Source of the DNA: a virus
Taxonomy: Duplodnaviria; Caudoviricetes
DNA: 60,236 bases
IMG/VR virus record: IMGVR_UViG_3300032224_001080
Location: 1 to 60,236 of that record
Direction: 5' to 3' (one strand)
Positions 37,438 through 45,659 of the stretch are shown here, one piece after another. The first letter of the stretch is position 1. Every line of letters starts with the position of its first letter. Made by a program: the position numbers and the translations under genes. Below the pieces are notes generated by a model. It made no database searches. It was not told the origin of the DNA and was given only the letters and a program-made list of their open reading frames with translations.

Positions 37438-38697
37438 ATGGGAATACCTAAAAGAAAAAACATGATCAATGTTTACGGAGATAAGGAAACTTATCAAGGT
37501 GAAAGTATAGGAAAAAGAAGACAAGAGTTATTAGATAGAATAACCAAGTCAGATTCATTTCTTCCTGATTCTATATTACATGATGATTTAGATAAGGGTA
37601 TGTTGGATTATATTAAAGAAACTTTTAAAGTAGTTTCCGACGGGGTTCAGATTCCAGTAATAGAAAAAATATTAACAATCCAAAGATGGGGTGAATTTAG
37701 TGCTAATTGGGAGTTTTCAGATGGTGACGGTAACGTAAAATTACCTTTTATTGCTATCATTAGAAAACCAGACGTACAATTCGGTACAAATCCATCAATA
37801 CAAAGAACGATACCTGATAGACATCAATTCCATTACGCAACAGTTCCAACTTGGGACGGTAATCAAGTAGGTGCTGATATCTACAAAATACCACAACCAA
37901 TCCCATGTGATATATCATATGAAATTATAATTGTATGTAATAAGTTTAGGGACTTAAATAAGTTTAATAAAATTGTTTTACAACATTTCTCATCAAGACA
38001 AACATATACAACAGTTAAAGGTCATTACATTCCAATTATTTTAGATACTATTGAAGATAATACACCAATGGAAACAATGGACGGTCGTAGATTTTATATG
38101 CAAAACTATAAATGTACTATGTTAGGGTTTCTAATTGATAGTGATGAGTTTGAGGTTAAACCCTCGATTACAAGATCATTTATTGTAAATGAATCTTTAG
38201 GTGGAGCAACTTTTAAAAGAACTTATATTAGTAAAACAATAGATCTGGTTATATCCACAATTGTGGCAGGTGAAAATCAAACAACATTTACAGTTGGGGA
38301 AAGTATTAATGTTTTATTTAATGTGGCGATAAATGGTATTGTACAAGAAAAAGATGTTCATTACCGACATTTAGGTGGAACATCTAATATTATTTTTGAT
38401 TTGGTTGGTACACCATTATTAGGTGATGTTATAACAGTAAGTTATTATAAGGGTAAGGGAGATATAATGTACGATCAATTTGGTCATGTGTTACAAGTTG
38501 GTCGTGAAAGTTTTACATTTAATGGTAATGATCTATTCTTCACCTTAAGTCAAAAAATAAATTCAGTTATCAGTATTACAACTAATGGGTTAGTTGAATA
38601 TAATGAAGAAGGTTATATATTAACGGATGTTGATGAAGTTACCCTTACAAGTGCACCTGTTAACGGATCTAAAATTGACTTCGTTTATTTATATTAA
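37438..38697 (+). CDS. tail terminator / completion protein (gp15-like) with C-terminal Ig-like repeats
   Basis: LPFIAIIR...PIPCDISYEI gp15-like core and two C-terminal TF..I..NG..Q repeats. ATG 37438 follows the upstream stop at 37436. Confidence 0.55.
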   Translation: MGIPKRKNMINVYGDKETYQGESIGKRRQELLDRITKSDSFLPDSILHDDLDKGMLDYIKETFKVVSDGVQIPVIEKILTIQRWGEFSANWEFSDGDGNVKLPFIAIIRKPDVQFGTNPSIQRTIPDRHQFHYATVPTWDGNQVGADIYKIPQPIPCDISYEIIIVCNKFRDLNKFNKIVLQHFSSRQTYTTVKGHYIPIILDTIEDNTPMETMDGRRFYMQNYKCTMLGFLIDSDEFEVKPSITRSFIVNESLGGATFKRTYISKTIDLVISTIVAGENQTTFTVGESINVLFNVAINGIVQEKDVHYRHLGGTSNIIFDLVGTPLLGDVITVSYYKGKGDIMYDQFGHVLQVGRESFTFNGNDLFFTLSQKINSVISITTNGLVEYNEEGYILTDVDEVTLTSAPVNGSKIDFVYLY

Positions 38698-38852
38698 TCG
38701 TCCCCATAGATATCTTTCTTTTTAGGTTTACAGTATTCTTCCACAAATTTTTCAAGGACTTTATAAATCTTAAGTCCATTTTTATCACAGTGATTCTTTA
38801 ACATTTCGTGGTGTTTTTCACTTATTTTGACATTTTTTTGTTTGTTTTCCAT
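38694..38852 (-). CDS. small ribbon-helix-helix-like DNA-binding protein (below the ORF-track cutoff)
   Basis: Manual translation gives 52 aa, MENKQKNVKISEKHHEMLKNHCDKNGLKIYKVLEKFVEEYCKPKKKDIYGDD, with a beta strand (KNVKI) then helix-G-helix. Confidence 0.6.
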   Translation of the reverse strand: MENKQKNVKISEKHHEMLKNHCDKNGLKIYKVLEKFVEEYCKPKKKDIYGDD

Positions 38853-38968
38853 ATAAAAGATAATTAAAGATAAATAACTATCTTTTTAAGAAAAGTTGGG
38901 AAATCTTTGATAAAAACAAAGATATTTATTAGATAAGTAATAAAATTAATTTAACCAAACAAAAATCA

Positions 38969-41884
38969 ATGGCAAGTAATAACAGAGTTTTCGTGTCTCC
39001 AGGTGTTTATACATCCGAGCTCGATTTAACATTTGTAGCACAGAGTGTAGGTGTTACAACATTAGGTTTAGTGGGTGAGACATTAAAAGGTCCCGCTTTC
39101 GAACCAATTTTAATTTCAAATTTTGACGATTTCAAATTGTATTTTGGATCAACATCACCTGAAAAAGATGGTGACGGCAACCCAAAATATGAATTAGGAT
39201 ACGTCGCAAAATCATATTTGCAAGAATCAAACCAATTATTTGTAACAAGAGTATTGGGTCTTACAGGTTATAAACCATATAAAACTTTTGGTATCAAAAC
39301 TATTGGTGGTGTTATTTTAGAAAAGTATACGGGAGCTGGTAATTACGAAGTAAATCCCGCTTTAAGTACTACATTTGATAATACACCTGAAATTTATGAT
39401 AATTTAGTAGATAAAGTTTCTCATGACGGTACTTTTATTACTGATTATATCATTAAAAAATATAGTGGATTAACAAATGCTGATAATGGTAAATGGTTTG
39501 TAATGGGTAAAATACCAACAGGTGAAACATTACCGAACGCGGCAAAAGAATTAGTTTCTCCATTAACAGGAAAATTTAATAGTGAAAATAACAATACTAA
39601 AGAATGGTATAACGTATTGTTTAATTTAGCAACACCGGGAGATCCATCAACTGTTGATGCGGTTTATTCATACTTATTTGTATGGAATAGTGGAACAACT
39701 AAATTTGATGTTACAAGATATGATTATGATGCAAAAGTGGCCGAAGATTATAATAATGTTGTAGTTGCGGCTATTAGACCAAGAGGTATATATAGCGGAC
39801 AAACTTTAATTCATGAAGTAACAGGTAATACAAGTTTCACTTTAACTGAAGTTTCAGGTTACACATTAGACTTTAACCCAATGGGTGAGTTTACAATTAA
39901 CGTAACAGGACATACAGATGGTGCAAAAGAATTTACATGTACATTTGATACAACATCTTCAAAATACATATCTAAAGTATTGGGTACCGAACCATTTGAT
40001 AAAGATCACGGTGAATACCCTGTTTATGTACATGAGGTTTATCCTAATTATTTAATGGCGGCTTATGAAAGAGGTTTAGTTAGAGGTATTTCTATGGAAG
40101 CTTCTTACGAATTAGAAGGAACTAACTTTTTACACCAATGGGACACAACAATATCTCCAATGGTTGTATCTGAAGTTCGTGGTGGTAGTGTTGCTGATTT
40201 ATTTCAAGTTATTACAATTTCAGATGGAGAAGCTGCTAACTTTCAAGTTAAAGTTAATATTCAAAACATTAACTTAGAAACAATGGAATTTGATTTAGTA
40301 GTACGTGATTTTAACGATACTGACGACAATCAAGTTGTTTTAGAGAAATATTCAAGATGTTCAATGAATCCTGACATGCCAGGTTACATCGCTAAGAAAA
40401 TCGGTACATCCGATGGTGAATATGCTTTAGTTTCAAAAAGAATTATGTTAACAATGGCAACAGATGCCCCTGTAGATGCAGTACCTGCCGGTTTTAAAGG
40501 ATTTGCCAATAATAGAAATTTTGGTTATGGTACCTCATACACATTTGGTGACGTTATATTTAAAACAAAATATAATGATGCTGGCGATGTTGAAACATAT
40601 GATGTATCAGGGGCCCCAAATATTGAAGGTGGAGACAAAGTTAGAAAAGTAATGTTGGGTTTATCTAGTACAGTTGGATTTGATCAAGATTTATTAAAAT
40701 TCAAGGGTTCAAGTGGAACAACAGAAACATATGGTTTCCATTTATCTTCAAATGCTTCGGGAATTACACAAACTTATAATGGTTTTACTGGTCAAACTTA
40801 TCAAACAACACCATACGATTTAGAAGGTCAAACACATCCCGATACTAATAAATTAACAAATATTAACTATCGTAAGTTTACGTTTGCGGTTTATGGTGGT
40901 CATGATGGTTGGGATATCTATAGAACTAAAAGAACAAATACAGATGCTTATATTTTTGGTAAAACAATTTATAAATCAGGACATACAGTAAATGATGGTG
41001 TATTTAGTTCAAATGTAGGTAATTCTGATTACTATGCATATTTACAAGGTATTAAAACATATGAAAATCCTGAAGCAATCGATATCAACGTATTTGCAAC
41101 TCCAGGTATTAACTTCCAAGATCACAGTTCATTAGTTAATCAAGCAATTGATATGATTGAGACAGATAGAGCGGATTCATTGTATATTATGAACTCACCT
41201 AATATTACAGGTACAACCGCAACAGATGAAATTGTTACCGCTTTAGATGGTGCATCAATTGATTCTAACTACTCAGCAACATATTGGCCTTGGATTCAAG
41301 TAAGAGACACAGATAACGCAACTCAATTATATATCCCACCAACAGGTGAGGTTGTTAAGAACATTGCCTTAACTGACAATGTATCTTATCCTTGGTTCGC
41401 AGTTGCGGGTTACAGTAGAGGTTTGGTAAACGCAATTAAAGCAACCAAAAAATTGACTTTAGATGATAGAGACGTATTATATAAGAACAGAATTAACCCA
41501 ATCGCAACATTCTCTGATACAGGTACCATTATATGGGGTAACAAAACGTTACAAGTTAGAGAATCAGCTTTAGATAGAATCAACGTAAGAAGATTATTAT
41601 TAAGAGCAAGAAAGTTAATTTCGGCGGTTTCTGTAAGATTATTGTTTGAACAAAACGATGACCAAGTAAGAAACGAATTCTTAAGATTAGTTAACCCTAT
41701 CTTGGATTCAATTAAGAAAGAGAGAGGTTTATACGATTTCCGTGTAAAAGTGTCTAACGATCCTGAGGATATCGATGCAAACACAATGAGAGGTAAGATT
41801 TATATCAAACCAACTCGTTCTCTTGAATACATTGATGTAGAGTTCGTAATTACTCCAACAGGAGCTTCATTTGAAAATATCTAA
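38969..41884 (+). CDS. gp18: contractile tail sheath protein (gp18-like)
   Basis: FVSPGVYTSE.D, YWPW, PWFAVAGYSRG, LYKNRINPI, WGNKTLQ, DRINVRRL, FEQND, IKPTRSLEYI; TATTTATT box at 38923-38930. Confidence 0.96.
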   Translation: MASNNRVFVSPGVYTSELDLTFVAQSVGVTTLGLVGETLKGPAFEPILISNFDDFKLYFGSTSPEKDGDGNPKYELGYVAKSYLQESNQLFVTRVLGLTGYKPYKTFGIKTIGGVILEKYTGAGNYEVNPALSTTFDNTPEIYDNLVDKVSHDGTFITDYIIKKYSGLTNADNGKWFVMGKIPTGETLPNAAKELVSPLTGKFNSENNNTKEWYNVLFNLATPGDPSTVDAVYSYLFVWNSGTTKFDVTRYDYDAKVAEDYNNVVVAAIRPRGIYSGQTLIHEVTGNTSFTLTEVSGYTLDFNPMGEFTINVTGHTDGAKEFTCTFDTTSSKYISKVLGTEPFDKDHGEYPVYVHEVYPNYLMAAYERGLVRGISMEASYELEGTNFLHQWDTTISPMVVSEVRGGSVADLFQVITISDGEAANFQVKVNIQNINLETMEFDLVVRDFNDTDDNQVVLEKYSRCSMNPDMPGYIAKKIGTSDGEYALVSKRIMLTMATDAPVDAVPAGFKGFANNRNFGYGTSYTFGDVIFKTKYNDAGDVETYDVSGAPNIEGGDKVRKVMLGLSSTVGFDQDLLKFKGSSGTTETYGFHLSSNASGITQTYNGFTGQTYQTTPYDLEGQTHPDTNKLTNINYRKFTFAVYGGHDGWDIYRTKRTNTDAYIFGKTIYKSGHTVNDGVFSSNVGNSDYYAYLQGIKTYENPEAIDINVFATPGINFQDHSSLVNQAIDMIETDRADSLYIMNSPNITGTTATDEIVTALDGASIDSNYSATYWPWIQVRDTDNATQLYIPPTGEVVKNIALTDNVSYPWFAVAGYSRGLVNAIKATKKLTLDDRDVLYKNRINPIATFSDTGTIIWGNKTLQVRESALDRINVRRLLLRARKLISAVSVRLLFEQNDDQVRNEFLRLVNPILDSIKKERGLYDFRVKVSNDPEDIDANTMRGKIYIKPTRSLEYIDVEFVITPTGASFENI

Positions 41885-41906
41885 TCTAAAAGGGGATATA
41901 AAAATA

Positions 41907-41936
41907 AGAAGAGTATCAGAAATGGTACTCTTTTTT
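41907..41936 (+). terminator. Rho-independent terminator after the sheath gene
   Basis: aagagtatca-GAAA-tggtactctt hairpin plus T run. Confidence 0.75.
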
Positions 41937-41938
41937 AA

Positions 41939-41954
41939 TGCTCCACGTGGAACG
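41939..41954. promoter_or_regulatory. parS-like palindrome
   Basis: TGCTCCACGTGGAACG matches 14 of 16 positions of TGTTCCACGTGGAACA; intergenic. Confidence 0.45.
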
Positions 41955-41993
41955 TTTTGTATAAAAAAAAAATAATTATACTTTACCCAGAAT

Positions 41994-42073
41994 ACTAGAA
42001 CTGGATATACTAGTATTTATTAATGATATAATATTTATTGAAGTAGAGTATTAAACTGGAACTAGATACTGGA
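41994..42073 (+). repeat. two clusters of three ACTRG(A/T) hexamers
   Basis: ACTAGA-ACTGGA-tat-ACTAGT at 41994-42014 and ACTGGA-ACTAGA-t-ACTGGA at 42055-42073, separated by an AT-rich spacer. Confidence 0.55.
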
Positions 42074-42206
42074 GCCTGTAAAAAACTACGAAAAATAATT
42101 GACATAAACAACCTTTTTGAGATAATTAATTCAAAATAAAATTATTTTCCTTTTGGATATATTTATTAGAAAGTAAATAACTAACAAAACTTAACAAACA
42201 CACAAT

Positions 42207-42695
42207 ATGGCCGATTTATTAATGAAAATGCCGACACCTTACGAACCAAAAAGGGTCAACCGATTTATCGTAAGATTTAACTCATCTTTGGGTATAAACG
42301 AATGGTACATTTCAGCTGCCGCTAGACCAAGTGCAAAAATCAATTCAGTTGCAATTCCTTTCCTGAACACTTCAACATATGTTGCAGGTAGATTTGAATG
42401 GAATGAAATTAAAGTGACTTTTAGAGATCCAATTGGACCTTCAGCTTCACAAGCACTTATGGAATGGTTCCGTTTACATGCTGAATCTGTTACAGGTCGT
42501 ATGGGATATGCCGCAGGTTACAAAAAAGATGTAGAATTGGAGATGTTAGATCCAACAGGAGTTGTGGTTGAAAAATGGTTATTGGAAAACTGTTTCTTAA
42601 CTGATTTAAACTTTGGTGATTTAGATTACAATAGAGATGAATTGGCAAATATCACATGTTCATTAAGAATGGATAGATGTATTTTGATATATTAA
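42207..42695 (+). CDS. gp19: tail tube protein (gp19-like)
   Basis: EPKRVNRF, YVAGRFEW..I.VTFRD, YKKDV.LEMLDP.G.VVEKW.L..CF; follows the sheath gene; TATTTATT box at 42160-42167. Confidence 0.9.
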   Translation: MADLLMKMPTPYEPKRVNRFIVRFNSSLGINEWYISAAARPSAKINSVAIPFLNTSTYVAGRFEWNEIKVTFRDPIGPSASQALMEWFRLHAESVTGRMGYAAGYKKDVELEMLDPTGVVVEKWLLENCFLTDLNFGDLDYNRDELANITCSLRMDRCILIY

Positions 42696-42715
42696 TATTA
42701 CAATTTTTCATATAC

Positions 42716-42755
42716 GAAAACCGATAGTTCACAAGATTATCGGTTTTTCTTTTTT
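42716..42755 (+). terminator. Rho-independent terminator after the tube gene
   Basis: gaaaaccgata...tatcggttttt hairpin plus T run. Confidence 0.75.
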
Positions 42756-42798
42756 AAAAACTTTACTTTGAACTAGTTATTAAGTAAATTATAGTATT

Positions 42799-43548
42799 AT
42801 GGAAGAAATGAGAATTGACCCAACGATTGCGTATGATGTAGTAGAATTACCAAGTAGAGGTATTCATTACTCAAATAAAAGAAAATCAGTTAGAGTTGCG
42901 TACTTAACTGCTGCAGATGAGAATATATTATCATCACCTAGTTTCTTAAATACTAATACGGTTATACCTGAATTACTTAAAAGAAAAATTTTAGATAGAG
43001 ATTTTCCAATTGATGAAATAGTAGAGGAAGATAGACAAGCTATTTTAATATTTTTAAGAAACACCGCCTTTGGTTCTGAATATATATTAACAACATACGA
43101 CCCAAAAACAGAAAAAGAATTTAATACCACAATTAATTTAGAAACCCTTAAGATTAAAGACTTCAATTTATCTGAAAACTCAGAGGGAGAATACAGTTAT
43201 TATTTAACAAAAAGTAAAGTTGATGTAACATTTAAATTTTTAACAAGAAAACAAGAGGATGAAATTGATAAAATAAAGGATAATTGGTCAGGAAATGGGG
43301 TTGCACCAATTGTAACAAAACAACTTGAAATGATGATTAAATCATTCAATGGTGTTAAAGATGCATTAAAGATTAGAAGTTTTGTTGAAATGATGCCTAT
43401 TAGAGATTCACAAGAATTTAGAAAATTTATACAAGATAATAAACCAGGGTTAGACTTAACCCAAGAAATCACAACCCCATCAGGAGATAATATCCAAGTT
43501 AATATTGGATTTGGGGTAGAATTTTTTCGTCCTTTCTACGGATTATAG
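42799..43548 (+). CDS. tail/baseplate hub assembly chaperone (T4 gp26-like; G-type tail chaperone position)
   Basis: VELPSRG..Y, YLTAADENIL, DRQAILIFLR..AFG.EY, PGLDL, GVEFFRP; between tube and tape-measure genes. Confidence 0.75.
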   Translation: MEEMRIDPTIAYDVVELPSRGIHYSNKRKSVRVAYLTAADENILSSPSFLNTNTVIPELLKRKILDRDFPIDEIVEEDRQAILIFLRNTAFGSEYILTTYDPKTEKEFNTTINLETLKIKDFNLSENSEGEYSYYLTKSKVDVTFKFLTRKQEDEIDKIKDNWSGNGVAPIVTKQLEMMIKSFNGVKDALKIRSFVEMMPIRDSQEFRKFIQDNKPGLDLTQEITTPSGDNIQVNIGFGVEFFRPFYGL

Positions 43549-43678
43549 AAAGTCACAATTAGATGAAATTTTATTTTTAGTTAAAAAAGGATTCTCATAT
43601 GGGGACATTTTAACTATGCCAGTTTATTTAAGAAAATATTACGTTAATTATATAATAGAGTTGGAAAATACTAAATAA
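43520..43678 (+). CDS. start-less +1-frame ORF: frameshift extension of the chaperone (gp51/T-like)
   Basis: Open from TAG 43517-43519 to TAA 43676-43678, reading FVLSTDYRKSQLDEILFLVKKGFSYGDILTMPVYLRKYYVNYIIELENTK. The GFSY.DI..MP...R..Y motif is typical of the second chaperone ORF. Confidence 0.7.
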   Translation, partial: NFFVLSTDYRKSQLDEILFLVKKGFSYGDILTMPVYLRKYYVNYIIELENTK

Positions 43679-43692
43679 TTGTATTTATAGGT

Positions 43693-45609
43693 ATGGCAGT
43701 AAGTTTATCAGACGTACAAAAGGCAGCAGCAACCGGAACCGACATGCAATATACGGCAGCGTATGGGGCACATTTTGGTAATACCACAAATGCTGCGGCG
43801 GATAAATCAGACATGGCAAAAGCGTATAATGCTAGTCGTGGTAATAATAATTCTAATTCTAATTCAAGTTCATCATCAATGGGTTCAATTTTAGACCCAT
43901 ATAATGTAATAAAGGCAGGACAAGGAGATTCTAGAATTTCTCAAATGTCGGAGCAATTAAAAACTGGATTAGAAACTGAAGCGGATTTAACTGATACGGT
44001 AAAACTTAACGAAGCAATTTTAAAACAATTAAAATTAGAGTCAGATTTACATACTCAGATTAATGAGGGTATGGGAATGACAGGTAAATTATCCGAGGCT
44101 TTTAGAGATTCAATAATTGATACATTACCTAAAGCGGCAATGTTAGGATACGATATTCAAAACATTAGTGATGCCGTTATAAATTTATCTGAAAAAACAG
44201 GTAAGTTAAATATCATCGCATCTAATACTTTAGAACAAGGATTTGAGACTGCTCGTGCATTTGGTATGACTTTACCCCAATTAACTGAAGCAATGGGTGA
44301 ATTTGAAAAAGTAGGTTATGGTGCGGCAGATACGTTAGATCAGATTAATAAAGTAGGTATGAAATCAGCCTCACTTGGATTAAACGCAAGAAAAACAACA
44401 CAAGATTTAAAAACAAACATTGAAAAATTAAATGAATTTGGATTTAAAAATGGGGTGGATGGATTAAACAGAATGGTTCAAAAGGCTGCAGAGTTTAGAA
44501 TGAATATGGCAGAGACTTTTAAAGTTGCTGAAAAAGTTATGAATCCTGAATCTGCAATTGAATTAACTGCAAATATGCAAATGTTAGGTGGTGCAATAGG
44601 TGATCTTAACGATCCACTTAAGTTAATGTACATGGCAACTAATAATGTAGAGGGATTACAAGACGCTCTTCAAGGTGCTGCTAGTACTTTAGCAACGTAC
44701 AATTCAGAACAAAAACGATTTGAAATAACAGGTGCTAATTTAAGAAGAGCACAAGAAATGGCTAAAACGTTAGGTGTAGATTATAAAGAATTTACTAAAG
44801 GTGCAATAGCCGCTCAGGAGAGAATTTTAGCAAACGATACGTTATTATCAAAAGGATTTAATATTGATGATAAAGAAATGGAATTCCTTACTAACTTATC
44901 ATCAATGAAAGATGGGGAGATGCAAATTGTTATACCTAAATCATTACAAGAAAGTTTAGGAAAAGAATTAGGAGCAAATGAATTAAAATTAAGTGAATTA
45001 AGTAGTGCTCAAGTTGAATTGTTAAAAAACTATCGAAAAGATTTAGAAACAAAAACACCAGCCGAAATGGCTCAAGATATGTTTAGTGAAACTGGAAAAA
45101 TTAGAAATGCTACTGAGGCCACCGCAAAAGCTTTAACTACATATGGTAAAAGACAAATATTTGGTAGAGAAGGTAGAATGCAAACAGAAGGTAATTTACC
45201 TATAGTATTACCAGCTATAAAGGCGTTAGGAGAGTTAAGACAAGGTCAATATGAATTTTCAAAGGATAATAATTATATAAAAGGTATAATTGATAAACCA
45301 CTTAGTATATTAAAATCGGGAACAACATTTTTAAATTTAGCTTTAACTAATATGGTAGACACAATTACCAACGCCACTCAAGCTTTAAAAAACTCAACAA
45401 AAGGAACCCCAACTGATGAACAGAAAAGGATAGAGGAAGAAAATAATCGTAGAAAAGAAGGACAAAAGGCGGGAAATGCGTCCGTAAATCATTATCATAC
45501 ATTTAAGATATCAAAATCTAATAATTTAGAAAATTATTCAATAGACCAAACTTCCAAAGGTTACACAGGTAACCAAACAATACCATATGATCTAGATAAT
45601 ATGACTTAA
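43693..45609 (+). CDS. tape measure protein (putative)
   Basis: Ala/Leu/Met-rich helical protein immediately after the chaperone frameshift ORF; TATTTATA box at 43682-43689. Confidence 0.7.
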   Translation: MAVSLSDVQKAAATGTDMQYTAAYGAHFGNTTNAAADKSDMAKAYNASRGNNNSNSNSSSSSMGSILDPYNVIKAGQGDSRISQMSEQLKTGLETEADLTDTVKLNEAILKQLKLESDLHTQINEGMGMTGKLSEAFRDSIIDTLPKAAMLGYDIQNISDAVINLSEKTGKLNIIASNTLEQGFETARAFGMTLPQLTEAMGEFEKVGYGAADTLDQINKVGMKSASLGLNARKTTQDLKTNIEKLNEFGFKNGVDGLNRMVQKAAEFRMNMAETFKVAEKVMNPESAIELTANMQMLGGAIGDLNDPLKLMYMATNNVEGLQDALQGAASTLATYNSEQKRFEITGANLRRAQEMAKTLGVDYKEFTKGAIAAQERILANDTLLSKGFNIDDKEMEFLTNLSSMKDGEMQIVIPKSLQESLGKELGANELKLSELSSAQVELLKNYRKDLETKTPAEMAQDMFSETGKIRNATEATAKALTTYGKRQIFGREGRMQTEGNLPIVLPAIKALGELRQGQYEFSKDNNYIKGIIDKPLSILKSGTTFLNLALTNMVDTITNATQALKNSTKGTPTDEQKRIEEENNRRKEGQKAGNASVNHYHTFKISKSNNLENYSIDQTSKGYTGNQTIPYDLDNMT

Positions 45610-45659
45610 CAATACAATCAAAAAATCATATATTATCTATTTATAGATAAAAGAATAAG

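Noticed and set aside
41885-42206. tRNA or known ncRNA in the long intergenic gap
   Set aside because: No cloverleaf, T-loop GTTC stem or CCA end could be built by eye; no tRNA, rRNA or CRISPR array was seen anywhere in the window.
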